64,000 nt of DNA from NCBI GenBank assembly GCA_963812155.1, contig CAWETW010000003.1, positions 128,001 through 192,000 of the forward strand, given 5' to 3'. Each line of letters begins with the position of its first letter. The stretch's first letter is position 1. Of this stretch, positions 9,529 to 18,804 are shown in pieces. Under the pieces are notes generated by a model. It was not told the origin of the DNA. It was given only the letters and a program-made list of their open reading frames with translations, and ran no database searches. Made by a program: the position numbers and the translations under genes. Source of the stretch: Vulcanimicrobiota bacterium (GTDB lineage Bacteria; Vulcanimicrobiota; Vulcanimicrobiia; Vulcanimicrobiales; Vulcanimicrobiaceae).

Positions 9529-9797
9529 TAGCGACGCAGACCTAAATCGGCGATAAGGGAGCGATAACGCTCGACGTCTTTGCTTTGCAGATAGTTGAGC
9601 AAGCGGCGGCGCTGTCCGACCTGCAGCAGCAAGCCGCGGCGGCTATGGTGATCCTTCTTGTGGATCTTCAAATGTTCGGTGAGGTGGTTGATCGAGGCGG
9701 TAAGGATCGCGACTTGCACTTCGGCCGAACCGGTGTCGTTGGTTCCGCGGCCGTATTTGCCGGCGATCTCCGCCTTGCGTTCTTTGGTGAGGGGCAC
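9528..9797 (-). CDS. rpsO: 30S ribosomal protein S15
   Basis: [40 protein letters not shown] after AGGAG. Confidence 0.98.
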   Translation of the reverse strand: MPLTKERKAEIAGKYGRGTNDTGSAEVQVAILTASINHLTEHLKIHKKDHHSRRGLLLQVGQRRRLLNYLQSKDVERYRSLIADLGLRR

Positions 9798-9883
9798 GAA
9801 AGACACTCCTTGCTCAGGATGGTCTCGCTCGGGTACAGGCGCGGCGTTGGGCTCGCGTCCGTCCCGGCGACCGGGCTACCATA
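9798..9883 (-). promoter_or_regulatory. rpsO promoter (-10 TATGGT) and structured 5' leader; candidate S15 autoregulatory RNA
   Basis: TGcTATGGT at 9878-9886, followed by a long imperfect stem GGTC-GC-CGGG-AC-GG / CC-TGT-A-CCCG-A-GC-GA-GACC before the SD. Confidence 0.5.
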
Positions 9884-9928
9884 GCAGACGGCCGGGGGGT
9901 GAAGCAACCCTTTTCAAGCAATCGGCGC

Positions 9929-10516
9929 GTGGTGGAGAAGCCATTCCTCGTTCCCGTCATCTACGGTTCGGTGCGGACCGAACGCAAGGGCATCCGGGCG
10001 GCCCGCTTCGTGCTGCGCGAACTGCAGCGACGCGGCATGGATGCGGTGCTCGTCGACCCGATGGAGAAGCGCCTTCCGCTGCTCGACCGGATGTATAAAG
10101 AGTTTCCCAAAGGTAAAGCGCCCGCTCCCCTGGAGGAGCTTGCGGATCTTTTCCGGCGCGCCGACGGCTTCGCCATCGTCTCCGGCGAGTATAACAACGG
10201 CATTCCGCCGGCGCTCAAGAATCTGCTCGATCACTTTCTCGAAGAGTATTTTTGGCGGCCGGCCGCAATCGCGTGCTACTCCGGCGGACGATGGGGCGGC
10301 GTGCGCGCCGCGATGCAGTTACGCATGTCGCTCGCGGAAATGGGCATGGTGACGATACCGAGTCTGCTTCCAACCGCGCGCGTGGGCGAAGCGTTCGCCG
10401 AAGACGGAACGCCGTCGGATCCGAAAACCGTGGAATATTCAGCTGAGTTCTTCGATGAATTCACGTGGTACATGGATGCGCTGCGAGCCCGGCGCAAATC
10501 CGGCGTACCGTACTAG
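9929..10516 (+). CDS. NADPH-dependent FMN reductase
   Basis: [42 protein letters not shown]. Confidence 0.9.
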   Translation: MVEKPFLVPVIYGSVRTERKGIRAARFVLRELQRRGMDAVLVDPMEKRLPLLDRMYKEFPKGKAPAPLEELADLFRRADGFAIVSGEYNNGIPPALKNLLDHFLEEYFWRPAAIACYSGGRWGGVRAAMQLRMSLAEMGMVTIPSLLPTARVGEAFAEDGTPSDPKTVEYSAEFFDEFTWYMDALRARRKSGVPY

Positions 10517-10526
10517 GAGCGTCGGC

Positions 10527-11300
10527 GTGAATCTGGAGATCGCGGGAAAAACCGCGCTCGTGACCGGCGCCAGTTCGGGAATCGGCGAAGCGGTCGCGCT
10601 GGCGCTGGCGCGTGAAGGCGTGCGGTTGGCGATTGCGGCGCGCCGCGCGGATCGTCTCGACGCGCTGGCAGATCGCGCGCGTTCCGCCGGTGCGGCGGAG
10701 GCCCGCGGATTTGCATTCGATCAAGGAGACGCCGCTTCGGTCGAGGCGATGCTCGCGGACGTGCGCGCGGCAGTCGGCGACGTCGAAATCCTCGTGCTCA
10801 ACGGCGGCGGACCCAAGCCCGGCCGCTTCGGTGAGACTGCGCTCGATGATTGGGATGCCGGATATCGCACCGTTCTACGCGGCATGCTCGCGCTTGCGAG
10901 CGGCGCGCTTCCCGCGATGCGCGCCGCACGCTGGGGACGCATCGTGGCGTTGACCTCCACCTCGGTGAAGCAGCCGATCGACACGCTCGTGCTCTCGAAT
11001 GCATTTCGAACGGCGCTCGTGTCGGCGCTGCGCACGCTGGCCGTTGAAGTTGCCTCCGAAGGAATCACCGTAAACTGCATCGCGACCGGCCGCGTCGATA
11101 CCGATCGCCTGCGCGAGCTCTACGACGGAAGCGATGCGGCGATGCACGCCGCGGCGGCCGCCGACGTGCCGATGAAACGAGTCACCACGCCGGAAGAGTT
11201 CGCACCGCTGGTCGCGTTTTTGTGCGGGCGGCCGTCGAGTTACGTAACGGGGCAGACGATTTCGATCGACGGCGGCTTGACGCGAGGCCTCTTCGGTTGA
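10527..11300 (+). CDS. SDR family oxidoreductase
   Basis: [38 protein letters not shown]. Confidence 0.92.
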   Translation: MNLEIAGKTALVTGASSGIGEAVALALAREGVRLAIAARRADRLDALADRARSAGAAEARGFAFDQGDAASVEAMLADVRAAVGDVEILVLNGGGPKPGRFGETALDDWDAGYRTVLRGMLALASGALPAMRAARWGRIVALTSTSVKQPIDTLVLSNAFRTALVSALRTLAVEVASEGITVNCIATGRVDTDRLRELYDGSDAAMHAAAAADVPMKRVTTPEEFAPLVAFLCGRPSSYVTGQTISIDGGLTRGLFG

Positions 11301-11641
11301 CGCACGCTCGCGAAGCGGAAGACGTGTACGTACGCGTCGCGCGGCGCGACGGCATCGTGCCGGGCGTTGCGACGATCGTCCGCGCCGGCGCGCACGAGGT
11401 GGCGATCTTCGACCTTGCGGGCGAACTGCGGGCGTACGAAAACTGCTGTCCGCATCAGGGCGGTCCGATCGGCGAAGGCATCGTCGACGGCGAGACCGTG
11501 ACCTGTCCGTGGCACGCGTGGTGTTTCGACCTTCGCGACGGCTCGATGACGATCGGCAACTTCGCATCGCTGCGTTCCTTCGGCGTGCGCGTTGACGGTG
11601 AGGACGTCTACGTCTCCGCCGAGCCGGAGATGCAACGGTGA
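11297..11641 (+). CDS. Rieske [2Fe-2S] ferredoxin (NirD-like)
   Basis: CPHQGG and CPWH motifs; TTG start overlaps the SDR stop. Confidence 0.88.
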   Translation: MTHAREAEDVYVRVARRDGIVPGVATIVRAGAHEVAIFDLAGELRAYENCCPHQGGPIGEGIVDGETVTCPWHAWCFDLRDGSMTIGNFASLRSFGVRVDGEDVYVSAEPEMQR

Positions 11642-12144
11642 CCGGCGGCGACGCCGCTTGGAACGGGCGTGAGGGCACGGCGGGCGGCGCGGCGTTCGGC
11701 GACGCGCTGGCCGCGCTCGCGCGCGAACGCGAGGTACCCGTAGAAATGCTTGCCGAAGCGGCCGGACTGACGGCCGCCGAGTTCGCATCCGTCGTCGCCG
11801 GAACGCGCCGCGTCGGCGTGAGCGCGCTCGCGCAATTTGTAACGGCACTGCGGCTAAAACCGATCGAGTTCTTGCAGCGGGTAAAAATTCTCTCGCTTGA
11901 GGTCTACGCGTTCGGTCTCGATCCGCTCTATTTCTTACCCGAGGGACCGGTGCGTTACGACGCGCGCATCTACATGCGCGAGATCAATCCGCGGCATCGC
12001 GTTCCCGAGGGCGACATGACCCGCCGCAATACGACCCTCAAGGCGCTGGCCGAGGACGCGTTGCTCGATGCGAGCGGTAAGACGGAAGTCGAACTGGCTT
12101 ACTTGCTGCGGGCGGCCGTGGAACAGACCGGCGGCAGCCTCTAG
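11638..12144 (+). CDS. XRE-like helix-turn-helix domain protein
   Basis: FGDALAALARER...MLAEAAGLTAAEFASVVAG...ALRL resembles an HTH_3 pattern; GTGA overlap with the upstream gene. Confidence 0.55.
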   Translation: MTGGDAAWNGREGTAGGAAFGDALAALAREREVPVEMLAEAAGLTAAEFASVVAGTRRVGVSALAQFVTALRLKPIEFLQRVKILSLEVYAFGLDPLYFLPEGPVRYDARIYMREINPRHRVPEGDMTRRNTTLKALAEDALLDASGKTEVELAYLLRAAVEQTGGSL

Positions 12145-12209
12145 GAACCCCAAGCGCCGCGAGGCCGTGTAGGGTTCTTCGCGGGGGCACCGCGAACGAG
12201 GGGTTCCTG

Positions 12210-12776
12210 ATGCAAGGAGTTGAGGGAAAACGGATCGCTGCGTTGATCGGCGACGGCTTCGAAGAGGCCGATTTGATGGAGCCCCGCCGCGCGCTGGAAG
12301 AGGCGGGCGCGGTCGTGACGATCGTCGGAATGGACGAGCGCGCCAAGCAGCGCATCCGCGGGAAACGCGGGTTGGACGACGGGCAGAGCGTCAAGGCCGA
12401 GGAGCTGGTCGCGGACTGCACGGCCGAAGATTTCGATGCGCTGCTCGTGCCGGGCGGAACTTCACCGGACCGTATTCGCGCCGATCGCGACGTGCAGCGT
12501 TTTTGCCGTGAGTTCGATGCCGCCAAGAAGCCGACGTTCTCCATTGGTCACGGCGCGTACGTGCTCATTTCTGCGCAGCTCGTTCGCGGACGGCAGATTA
12601 CCGGCGCGCATTCGATTGCCGACGACATTCGCAACGCCGGCGGTCTCTATCGCGATCAACCGACGGTCGCCGACTCAAACTGGGTCTCGACTCGCGGAGG
12701 CGAAGACATCCCGCAGTTCAATCGCGCGATGCTCGAGAAACTCGCGACGGCTGCGCCGCCGCTCGTATCGCCGTAG
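12210..12776 (+). CDS. DJ-1/PfpI family protein lacking the catalytic Cys
   Basis: KRIAALIGDGFEE, FDALLVPGG, DIRNAGG; nucleophile elbow reads IGHG instead of ICHG. Confidence 0.85.
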   Translation: MQGVEGKRIAALIGDGFEEADLMEPRRALEEAGAVVTIVGMDERAKQRIRGKRGLDDGQSVKAEELVADCTAEDFDALLVPGGTSPDRIRADRDVQRFCREFDAAKKPTFSIGHGAYVLISAQLVRGRQITGAHSIADDIRNAGGLYRDQPTVADSNWVSTRGGEDIPQFNRAMLEKLATAAPPLVSP

Positions 12777-12889
12777 CGCGTTTCTCGTAACGAGGCGTTC
12801 ACGTTCATGAAGCGGCGTTTATCGTCGCTTCATCTGTGTTCGTCACGATGATGCTCCTTGAAGTCCCAAACAGAAAGGAGCAAGACCCC

Positions 12890-13336
12890 ATGACGATGCA
12901 ACATTTTTGCGCAGTCTCGGCGCTCGTAATCGCCTCGGCGTCGCTCGCCGGTTGCGCAAGCGGCACGCAGCCGTCCGCGACGAACGCCCTTCCCCTATCG
13001 AACGTTTCCCAAGTCACCCCGATGGACGGTCAAAACTGCGACGGCAGCGAGGGCGTCAAAGTCGCGCCGTGCCGATTGACGTTCGATGCAAAACATCCCG
13101 GACCCAAAGAGGTCGTCGTCTCGAGCGGAGACAACGACCGGCTCGCCATCAAAGAACGCGATGACTGCGCGGCACGAAACGTCGCGACCGTCACGCGGAT
13201 GTCGAACCATCGCTACGTCGTCACGGCGGGAAGCGCGAGAGGAACGTGCGTGGCAAACTTCGTTGCCGGCATGCAAAACGACGACCACGGGCATCGCGGC
13301 GCCGACCTCACCGTCGTTAACGTGCCGGAGCGGTAA
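12890..13336 (+). CDS. Hypothetical lipoprotein
   Basis: AAAGGAG SD; LAGC lipobox; four further Cys residues. Confidence 0.75.
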   Translation: MTMQHFCAVSALVIASASLAGCASGTQPSATNALPLSNVSQVTPMDGQNCDGSEGVKVAPCRLTFDAKHPGPKEVVVSSGDNDRLAIKERDDCAARNVATVTRMSNHRYVVTAGSARGTCVANFVAGMQNDDHGHRGADLTVVNVPER

Positions 13337-13338
13337 GA

Positions 13339-13917
13339 CTACACGGGATCGTAACGCGCCAGCGTTTCGCCGTATTGACGCACGGCGAGAAACGACGCGA
13401 ACGCGCAGAATGCCAGCGCACCCCAGACCGAGTGCGCGACCGCCGCGAGCGTAAACGCAATTGCGCTCGCGGCGCCTGCCATGCAGACGTAAAGCAGCTG
13501 GGCGGCACCCGCGCGGATCGTCGCGGACAACGCAATCAAGGTGCTGGCAACCGCGGCTCCCAGCGTCACGGCGAGCGTGATCGGAATCTCGCGCAATCCC
13601 GCAAACGTTGCCGCAGCGGCGACGTATGCAAACGTCGCTGGAACGACGATCGCGCACGGAACGAGTGCCCTTGCGCGCGCCAGTTGGCGTCCGAAGAGCG
13701 GCGCGCCTTGCTCGCACAGATCGAGGTGCGGAAAGCGGCCCGGGCTTTGCACCAATGCGATGACGATGCCGAGCACCGAACAGAAAAATACGGGCCCCGC
13801 GAGCGCGCGCGGAGCGACGAAGCCGGCGACTGCCGCCGTCGCGCAGGCAAAGGCCAGCGTGCGCCGCTCGGTGCGCAGACGCATCTCGAGAATGGCGATC
13901 GTCGCACGTCCCCTCAT
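13339..13917 (-). CDS. Multi-pass membrane protein (ABC-2 permease-like)
   Basis: About six hydrophobic segments; ATGA overlap with the upstream ATPase-like gene. Confidence 0.65.
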   Translation of the reverse strand: MRGRATIAILEMRLRTERRTLAFACATAAVAGFVAPRALAGPVFFCSVLGIVIALVQSPGRFPHLDLCEQGAPLFGRQLARARALVPCAIVVPATFAYVAAAATFAGLREIPITLAVTLGAAVASTLIALSATIRAGAAQLLYVCMAGAASAIAFTLAAVAHSVWGALAFCAFASFLAVRQYGETLARYDPV

Positions 13918-14462
13918 ACGAGCAATTCTTGGGCGGCGGCGGCGAAGGCCGCGGCATCCACCGGACTAAGGTGCGTCGAAAAGATTGCCCGCGGCCCGGC
14001 AGCGCCGACGATGCGCGCGGCGTATACCGGCTGCGGCCGGTCGAGCACGAGAATCTTCGGATTGCAGACGAGCGCGCCGGCCAGCGGAATGGCGAAGGCT
14101 TCGTGCACGCCGCCGAGGCGCGCCATCAGCAGTTTTGCATGGGCCACGGCGCGTCTGGGATCGAGATTCCACAGCGCGGCCCGGTAGGCGATGTAGCGAT
14201 CGAATTCGAGTCCCGCTAACGGTAACGCGTCGTGCGGAACGAATGCGGCGACGCGCTTACAGTGAGCCTGCTGCACGTGCGGATCGTACTGATCGAGAAG
14301 AACGCAGCCGCTGCCGGCTTTGACGATTCCGGCAGCCAGCAAGGCGACGACGTTGGCCTCCCGGGGCGACGTGCAGACGTACGCCGCGCGCTCGCCGGGA
14401 TCGACGTCGAGCGTGACCGGTCCAACGGCCGCGCCGCTCGCGGCGAAGCATGCCTCGCGCAT
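13914..14462 (-). CDS. Degenerate ABC-ATPase-like protein
   Basis: GPVTLDVDPGE, LAAGIVKAGSGCVLL, AFVP, ALVCNPKILVLDRP, IFSTH follow the ABC NBD layout, but Walker A and LSGGQ are absent. Start is uncertain. Confidence 0.6.
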   Translation of the reverse strand: MREACFAASGAAVGPVTLDVDPGERAAYVCTSPREANVVALLAAGIVKAGSGCVLLDQYDPHVQQAHCKRVAAFVPHDALPLAGLEFDRYIAYRAALWNLDPRRAVAHAKLLMARLGGVHEAFAIPLAGALVCNPKILVLDRPQPVYAARIVGAAGPRAIFSTHLSPVDAAAFAAAAQELLV

Positions 14463-14526
14463 GCGCAAGAGAAAGCTCAAGAGGCCTTCATTCAACGTCC
14501 CTTCAAAAGGAAGCCTACCGAAAACG

Positions 14527-16257
14527 ATGCTCTCCAACGCCGAAGTCGCCGCCAAACTGCTCGAGACCCGCACGCTCATGGAGATGGCGGGTGAGTCGTT
14601 CTACAAATACATGGCGTACGAGAAGGCCGCGGCCTCGGTCGAGAACGCGCCGCCGTTGGCCGATTTGATCGGAGCGGGCGAGCATCTCAAGCTGCCGGGC
14701 GTCGGCAAGTCGATCGGTTCGGCGATCGAGCAACTCGTCGCGACCGGCACCTCCGATTTCTTGGACGACCTCCATCTTCGCTTTCCGTCCTCGATCCTCG
14801 AAGTGCTGGCGGTCAGCGGCATCGGCGTCAAGACCGCGGCGACGCTGTTCAGCGACTACGGCATCGCCTCGCTCGCCGATCTGGAACGCGCCATCGCATC
14901 GGACGCACTTGCGGGCGTGCCCCGCCTCGGCGCCAAGACGATCGACAATTGGAAGCGGGGCATTCTCGCGTATAAAGGACGGCTGCGGCGAACGCCGCTG
15001 TCGGAGGCGCTCGTCATCGCTTACGAGGCAATGAGTTTCGTGCGCGAGGGTCCTGCCGTCGACCGTCTGTTGCCCGCAGGCAGCTTGCGCCGCCAAGAAG
15101 TCACCGTCGGCGACGTCGATCTCGTCTGCACGTCGCAGCACGCCGCCGGCGTCATCGCACACTTTACGCGCTGGGAGCGCGCGGAGGCCGTGTTGGCGGA
15201 GGGACCGACGAAAGCCAGCATCTGGCTCCCCGGCGGCTTGCAGATCGACCTGCGCGTTCTTCCCGATCATCTCTACGGCAATCTGCTTCAGCATTTCACC
15301 GGTTCGCGCGAGCACAACATCAAACTGCGCGAGCACGCCGTTCGCCGGGGTTTGCGCGTGAGTGAAAACGGCATCTTGAATCTCGAAACCGGCGATGCGA
15401 CGGTGTGCTCGGAAGAGGCCGGCGTCTACACGGCGCTCGGCATGCAGTACGTGCCGCCCGAACTGCGCAGCGGACTTGACGAGATCGACCTAGCGCTCGC
15501 GGGCGCGCTTCCGGCGCTCGTGGAAACGACCGATCTTCGCGGCGACTTTCACATGCACACGACCTGGAGCGACGGCGACGATACGCTCGAGGCGATGGTG
15601 GCGGCCGCGGCGGCGCGCGGCTACGAATACCATGCCATCAGCGATCATTCGCAAGGCCGCGGCCGGCGCTTCGGCATGTCCCCGGAACGCGTGCGCGAGC
15701 AGCGCCGCGCGATCGAAGCGCTCGGCGACCGCTACGGCGTGCGCACGCTCTGCTCGAGTGAAGTCGACATCCACGCCGACGGATCGCTCGACTACGACGA
15801 CGCCGTCTTGGCGGAACTCGACGTCGTCGTCGCGTCGGTGCATTCGGCGATGCAGCAGTCGCGGGACGAAATGACCGTGCGATTGATCCGTGCTTGCGAA
15901 AACCCATACGTGACGATCATCGGGCATCCGACCGGGCGCCGCTTCGACGGCGGCGCGGGTTACGAGTTCGACTACGACGCCGTCTTCGCAGCCGCGGCGC
16001 GAACCGGAACGGCACTGGAGATCGACGGCCAAGCGATGCGGCTGGACTTGCCGGCGCCGCTGGCGCGCCGGGCAAAGTCGTTCGGCGTGACGTTTACGAC
16101 CGACAGCGACGCGCACCGGACGCGCGACCTCATCAACGCCGAACTCGCGATCGGTCAGGCCCGGCGCGCCGGTTTGACCAAAGACGACGTCCTCAACGCC
16201 AAGCCGTTCGAAGAGATGCTCGCGTTCGTCAACGCCAAGCGCGTGAGGGCGACGTGA
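14527..16257 (+). CDS. polX: DNA polymerase X / PHP 3'-5' exonuclease
   Basis: HhH motifs, GSLRR, GDVD, HFTGSREHN; PHP motifs DFHMHT, ISDHS, GHPTGR, DSDAH. Confidence 0.95.
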   Translation: MLSNAEVAAKLLETRTLMEMAGESFYKYMAYEKAAASVENAPPLADLIGAGEHLKLPGVGKSIGSAIEQLVATGTSDFLDDLHLRFPSSILEVLAVSGIGVKTAATLFSDYGIASLADLERAIASDALAGVPRLGAKTIDNWKRGILAYKGRLRRTPLSEALVIAYEAMSFVREGPAVDRLLPAGSLRRQEVTVGDVDLVCTSQHAAGVIAHFTRWERAEAVLAEGPTKASIWLPGGLQIDLRVLPDHLYGNLLQHFTGSREHNIKLREHAVRRGLRVSENGILNLETGDATVCSEEAGVYTALGMQYVPPELRSGLDEIDLALAGALPALVETTDLRGDFHMHTTWSDGDDTLEAMVAAAAARGYEYHAISDHSQGRGRRFGMSPERVREQRRAIEALGDRYGVRTLCSSEVDIHADGSLDYDDAVLAELDVVVASVHSAMQQSRDEMTVRLIRACENPYVTIIGHPTGRRFDGGAGYEFDYDAVFAAAARTGTALEIDGQAMRLDLPAPLARRAKSFGVTFTTDSDAHRTRDLINAELAIGQARRAGLTKDDVLNAKPFEEMLAFVNAKRVRAT

Positions 16258-17061
16258 TCGAGACGATGACCGTCACCGCTCCCGACGGGGCGACGGCCGG
16301 CGCGCGCGTCGCGGGCGATCGCGGACCGGCGCTGATCTTCGTGCACGGCGTCGGCTCGACCGCGTCGATCTGGGACGCACAACTCGCGGCGTTTGGGGAC
16401 GCGTATCGTTGCGCCGCGATCGAACTGCGCGGCAACGGTGCGTTGCCCGATCCGGAGCCGTCGTCGATTACGCGCGAAGGCTTCGCCGACGACGTGCTCG
16501 CGATCGCGAATGCGCGCGGCGCGGACCGATTTACGCTCGTCGGCTGCAGTCTCGGCGGCGTGGTCGCATTCGAGTTGTGGAAGCGCGTTCCCGAGCGCTT
16601 CGAGAGCGATGGTCATCGTCGGTAGTTTCGCGCGTTATCCCGACGGCCAAGCCTACGCCGACGGCGTCAAGGCGGCGGCGCGCGAAGCCGGCGACATGCG
16701 CGCCTTCGCAACGTCGCGTGCGGCGAAGTTGGGCCTGCCGCCGGAGCGGCTGCGTGAGACGATCGACCAGATGGCGGCAAAATCCGTCGATTGTTATCTC
16801 GCCTCCACGCAGGCGACGTGGACGGGCGACTATCGCGCCGTGCTCCCGACGATTGGGGTTCCGGCTCTCGTCCTTTGCGGGGAACGCGACGCCGTCGCAC
16901 CGCGCGCACTGTCGGAAGAGATTGCGCGCGGCATTCCGGCCGCACGGTTCGCGAGCGTCGCCGGCGCCGGACACGTCGCCAACGCGGATGCGCCCAGCCG
17001 CTTCAACGAACTGCTTCGCGAGTTTCTTCAGCGCGACGCACAAAAAGGATCGCTCCTTTAG
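16254..17061 (+). CDS. Alpha/beta hydrolase (frameshift near 16605)
   Basis: FVHGVG, ELRGNG, GCSLGG in one frame; LCGERD and AGHVAN in another. Confidence 0.8.
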
Positions 17062-17918
17062 AGCGGGGTGAGGCGTTCGCTGCCGCTGTAAACGTTGGCG
17101 CGGCCGTCGCGCACGAAGCCCGCGAGGGTGATGCCGAATTCGCGCGCGAGTTCTACCGCGAGACTGCTCGGCGCGGAGACCGAACACACGACGGGAATCC
17201 GCGCGACCGCACTTTTCTGCAAAATCTCGTAGCCGGCGCGTCCGCTCACCATCAAAATGCAGCGCGAGAACGGGAGGCGGCCGTCGAGCAATCCCCAGCC
17301 GACGATTTTGTCGACCGCGTTGTGGCGGCCGACGTCTTCGCGCGCCACGATCGGCGAACCGGTTTCGTCGAAGAGAGCGGCGGCATGGAGTCCGCCGGTG
17401 GATTCGAAGATGCGCTGCGCCTGCCGCATGCGCTCCGGCAGCGAGTAGAGCAGTTCGGGTGCGATCGACACCGCGTCGTCGAGCGGGGGCACACCGCGGT
17501 CGCGCAGCGAATCGAGTTGCGCGCGTCCGCAGACGCCGCACGCGCTGCTCGCGGTAAAGTGTCGCTCGAGCCGCGTCACATCGGGAAGCGCACCGCGCGC
17601 TAGTTCGATGCTCACGACGTTATAGCGTTGATCGGGATCGAGCGCCGGATCCAAACAATAGGTGAGTTGCGCGATCTCCTCGCGCGAACGCACGATGCCT
17701 TCGCCGAATGCGAAGCCGGCCGCCAACTCGAAATCGTTGCCCGGAGTGCGCATCGTGACGGCCAGCGCGGCCGTCTCCCCGCCGGCGCTCACGCGAAGTT
17801 CGAGCGGCTCCTCGGTGACGACGGCATCCTCTTTCGACGCGCGATTCGAGCCGTCGAGCGACAACACGGTCGTTTCGACGGTGCGTCCGGGCCGTGCGCG
17901 CGTCTCATCCGCCGTCAT
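17058..17918 (-). CDS. fdhD: Formate dehydrogenase accessory sulfurtransferase
   Basis: EEPL, TMRTPG, SSACGVCG, TGGLHAA, REDVGRHNAVDK, SAPSSLA. Confidence 0.95.
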   Translation of the reverse strand: MTADETRARPGRTVETTVLSLDGSNRASKEDAVVTEEPLELRVSAGGETAALAVTMRTPGNDFELAAGFAFGEGIVRSREEIAQLTYCLDPALDPDQRYNVVSIELARGALPDVTRLERHFTASSACGVCGRAQLDSLRDRGVPPLDDAVSIAPELLYSLPERMRQAQRIFESTGGLHAAALFDETGSPIVAREDVGRHNAVDKIVGWGLLDGRLPFSRCILMVSGRAGYEILQKSAVARIPVVCSVSAPSSLAVELAREFGITLAGFVRDGRANVYSGSERLTPL

Positions 17919-18804
17919 CGTCCCCCGCTTCCGGCCGGTCCTGCACGTAGACGGTCCCGAAACGTCCTTTGATGCAGAGGTTGCCGTGCGTCACCTCGTT
18001 CTCCAACGGCGCGGTAACTTTGACGATGGAATCGTCCTGCACGTGCAAACGAAGCGTGCAGCCGACGCCGCAGTAGGGGCAAATCGTATCGGTGCGCGTT
18101 TGGCGCGCTTCGTCCCAGAGGCCCTGGGTGCGCAGCTCGTGCTCGGAGGAGAACATCAGCGCGCCCGTCGGACAGACGCCGATGCAGTTGCCGCAGTAGA
18201 CGCAGGCCGAGTCGGGCAGCGGCACGTCGTATTCGGTCGAGATGCGGGCGTCGAAGCCGCGGCCGGCGGTCGCAATGGCAAATGTGTTTTGGGCATCCGT
18301 GCCGCACGCTTCGACGCACTTGTAGCAGAGGATGCACTTCGAGTAGTCGCGGACGTAGAGCTCGTTGTCGACCTTCACCGGTTGTGCTACCGTTGCGCCA
18401 TGGGTGCCGTAGCGGCCGGGATCGGCGCCGTAACGCGCCGCGTAACGCTGCGCGTCGGGTGCCGTCGAAAGATCCACCGACGACCCGAGAAACTCCAGTA
18501 CCATCTTGCGGCTGTGGCGAACGCGCTCGGAGTCGGTGCGGATCTTCATGCCGGCTTCGGCTTTGCGGGCGCACGCAGGCACCAGGACGCGAGCGCCCTC
18601 CAATTCGACGACGCAGACGCGGCAGGCATTGACCGGCGTCAGCGTCTGCAGAAAGCAGAGCGTCGGCGTTTCGACGCCGGCGGCGTTGCACGCGTCGAGT
18701 ATCGTGGCACCCTCGGGAACCGTCACGGTTTTTTCGTCGATGGTAACGTCGAAAACGCGCAGCGGCGCTTCCACCGGACGCTGCGGAAGCGGACCGTGAA
18801 TCAC
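17905..18804 (-). CDS. FDH Fe-S subunit (2Fe-2S, 2x4Fe-4S, and molybdopterin-enzyme 4Fe-4S domain)
   Basis: PTLC...CRVC...PAC; CILCYKCVEAC; CVYCGNCIGVCP; C-terminal CPYCGVGC...LCIKG; GTGA overlap. Confidence 0.88.
   Translation of the reverse strand: MIHGPLPQRPVEAPLRVFDVTIDEKTVTVPEGATILDACNAAGVETPTLCFLQTLTPVNACRVCVVELEGARVLVPACARKAEAGMKIRTDSERVRHSRKMVLEFLGSSVDLSTAPDAQRYAARYGADPGRYGTHGATVAQPVKVDNELYVRDYSKCILCYKCVEACGTDAQNTFAIATAGRGFDARISTEYDVPLPDSACVYCGNCIGVCPTGALMFSSEHELRTQGLWDEARQTRTDTICPYCGVGCTLRLHVQDDSIVKVTAPLENEVTHGNLCIKGRFGTVYVQDRPEAGDDDGG

Noticed and set aside
12807..12833. Inverted repeat ATGAAGCGGCG/CGTCGCTTCAT as an ncRNA
   Set aside because: Single hairpin between co-oriented genes with no further structure; likely a terminator or operator and not distinguishable from sequence alone.
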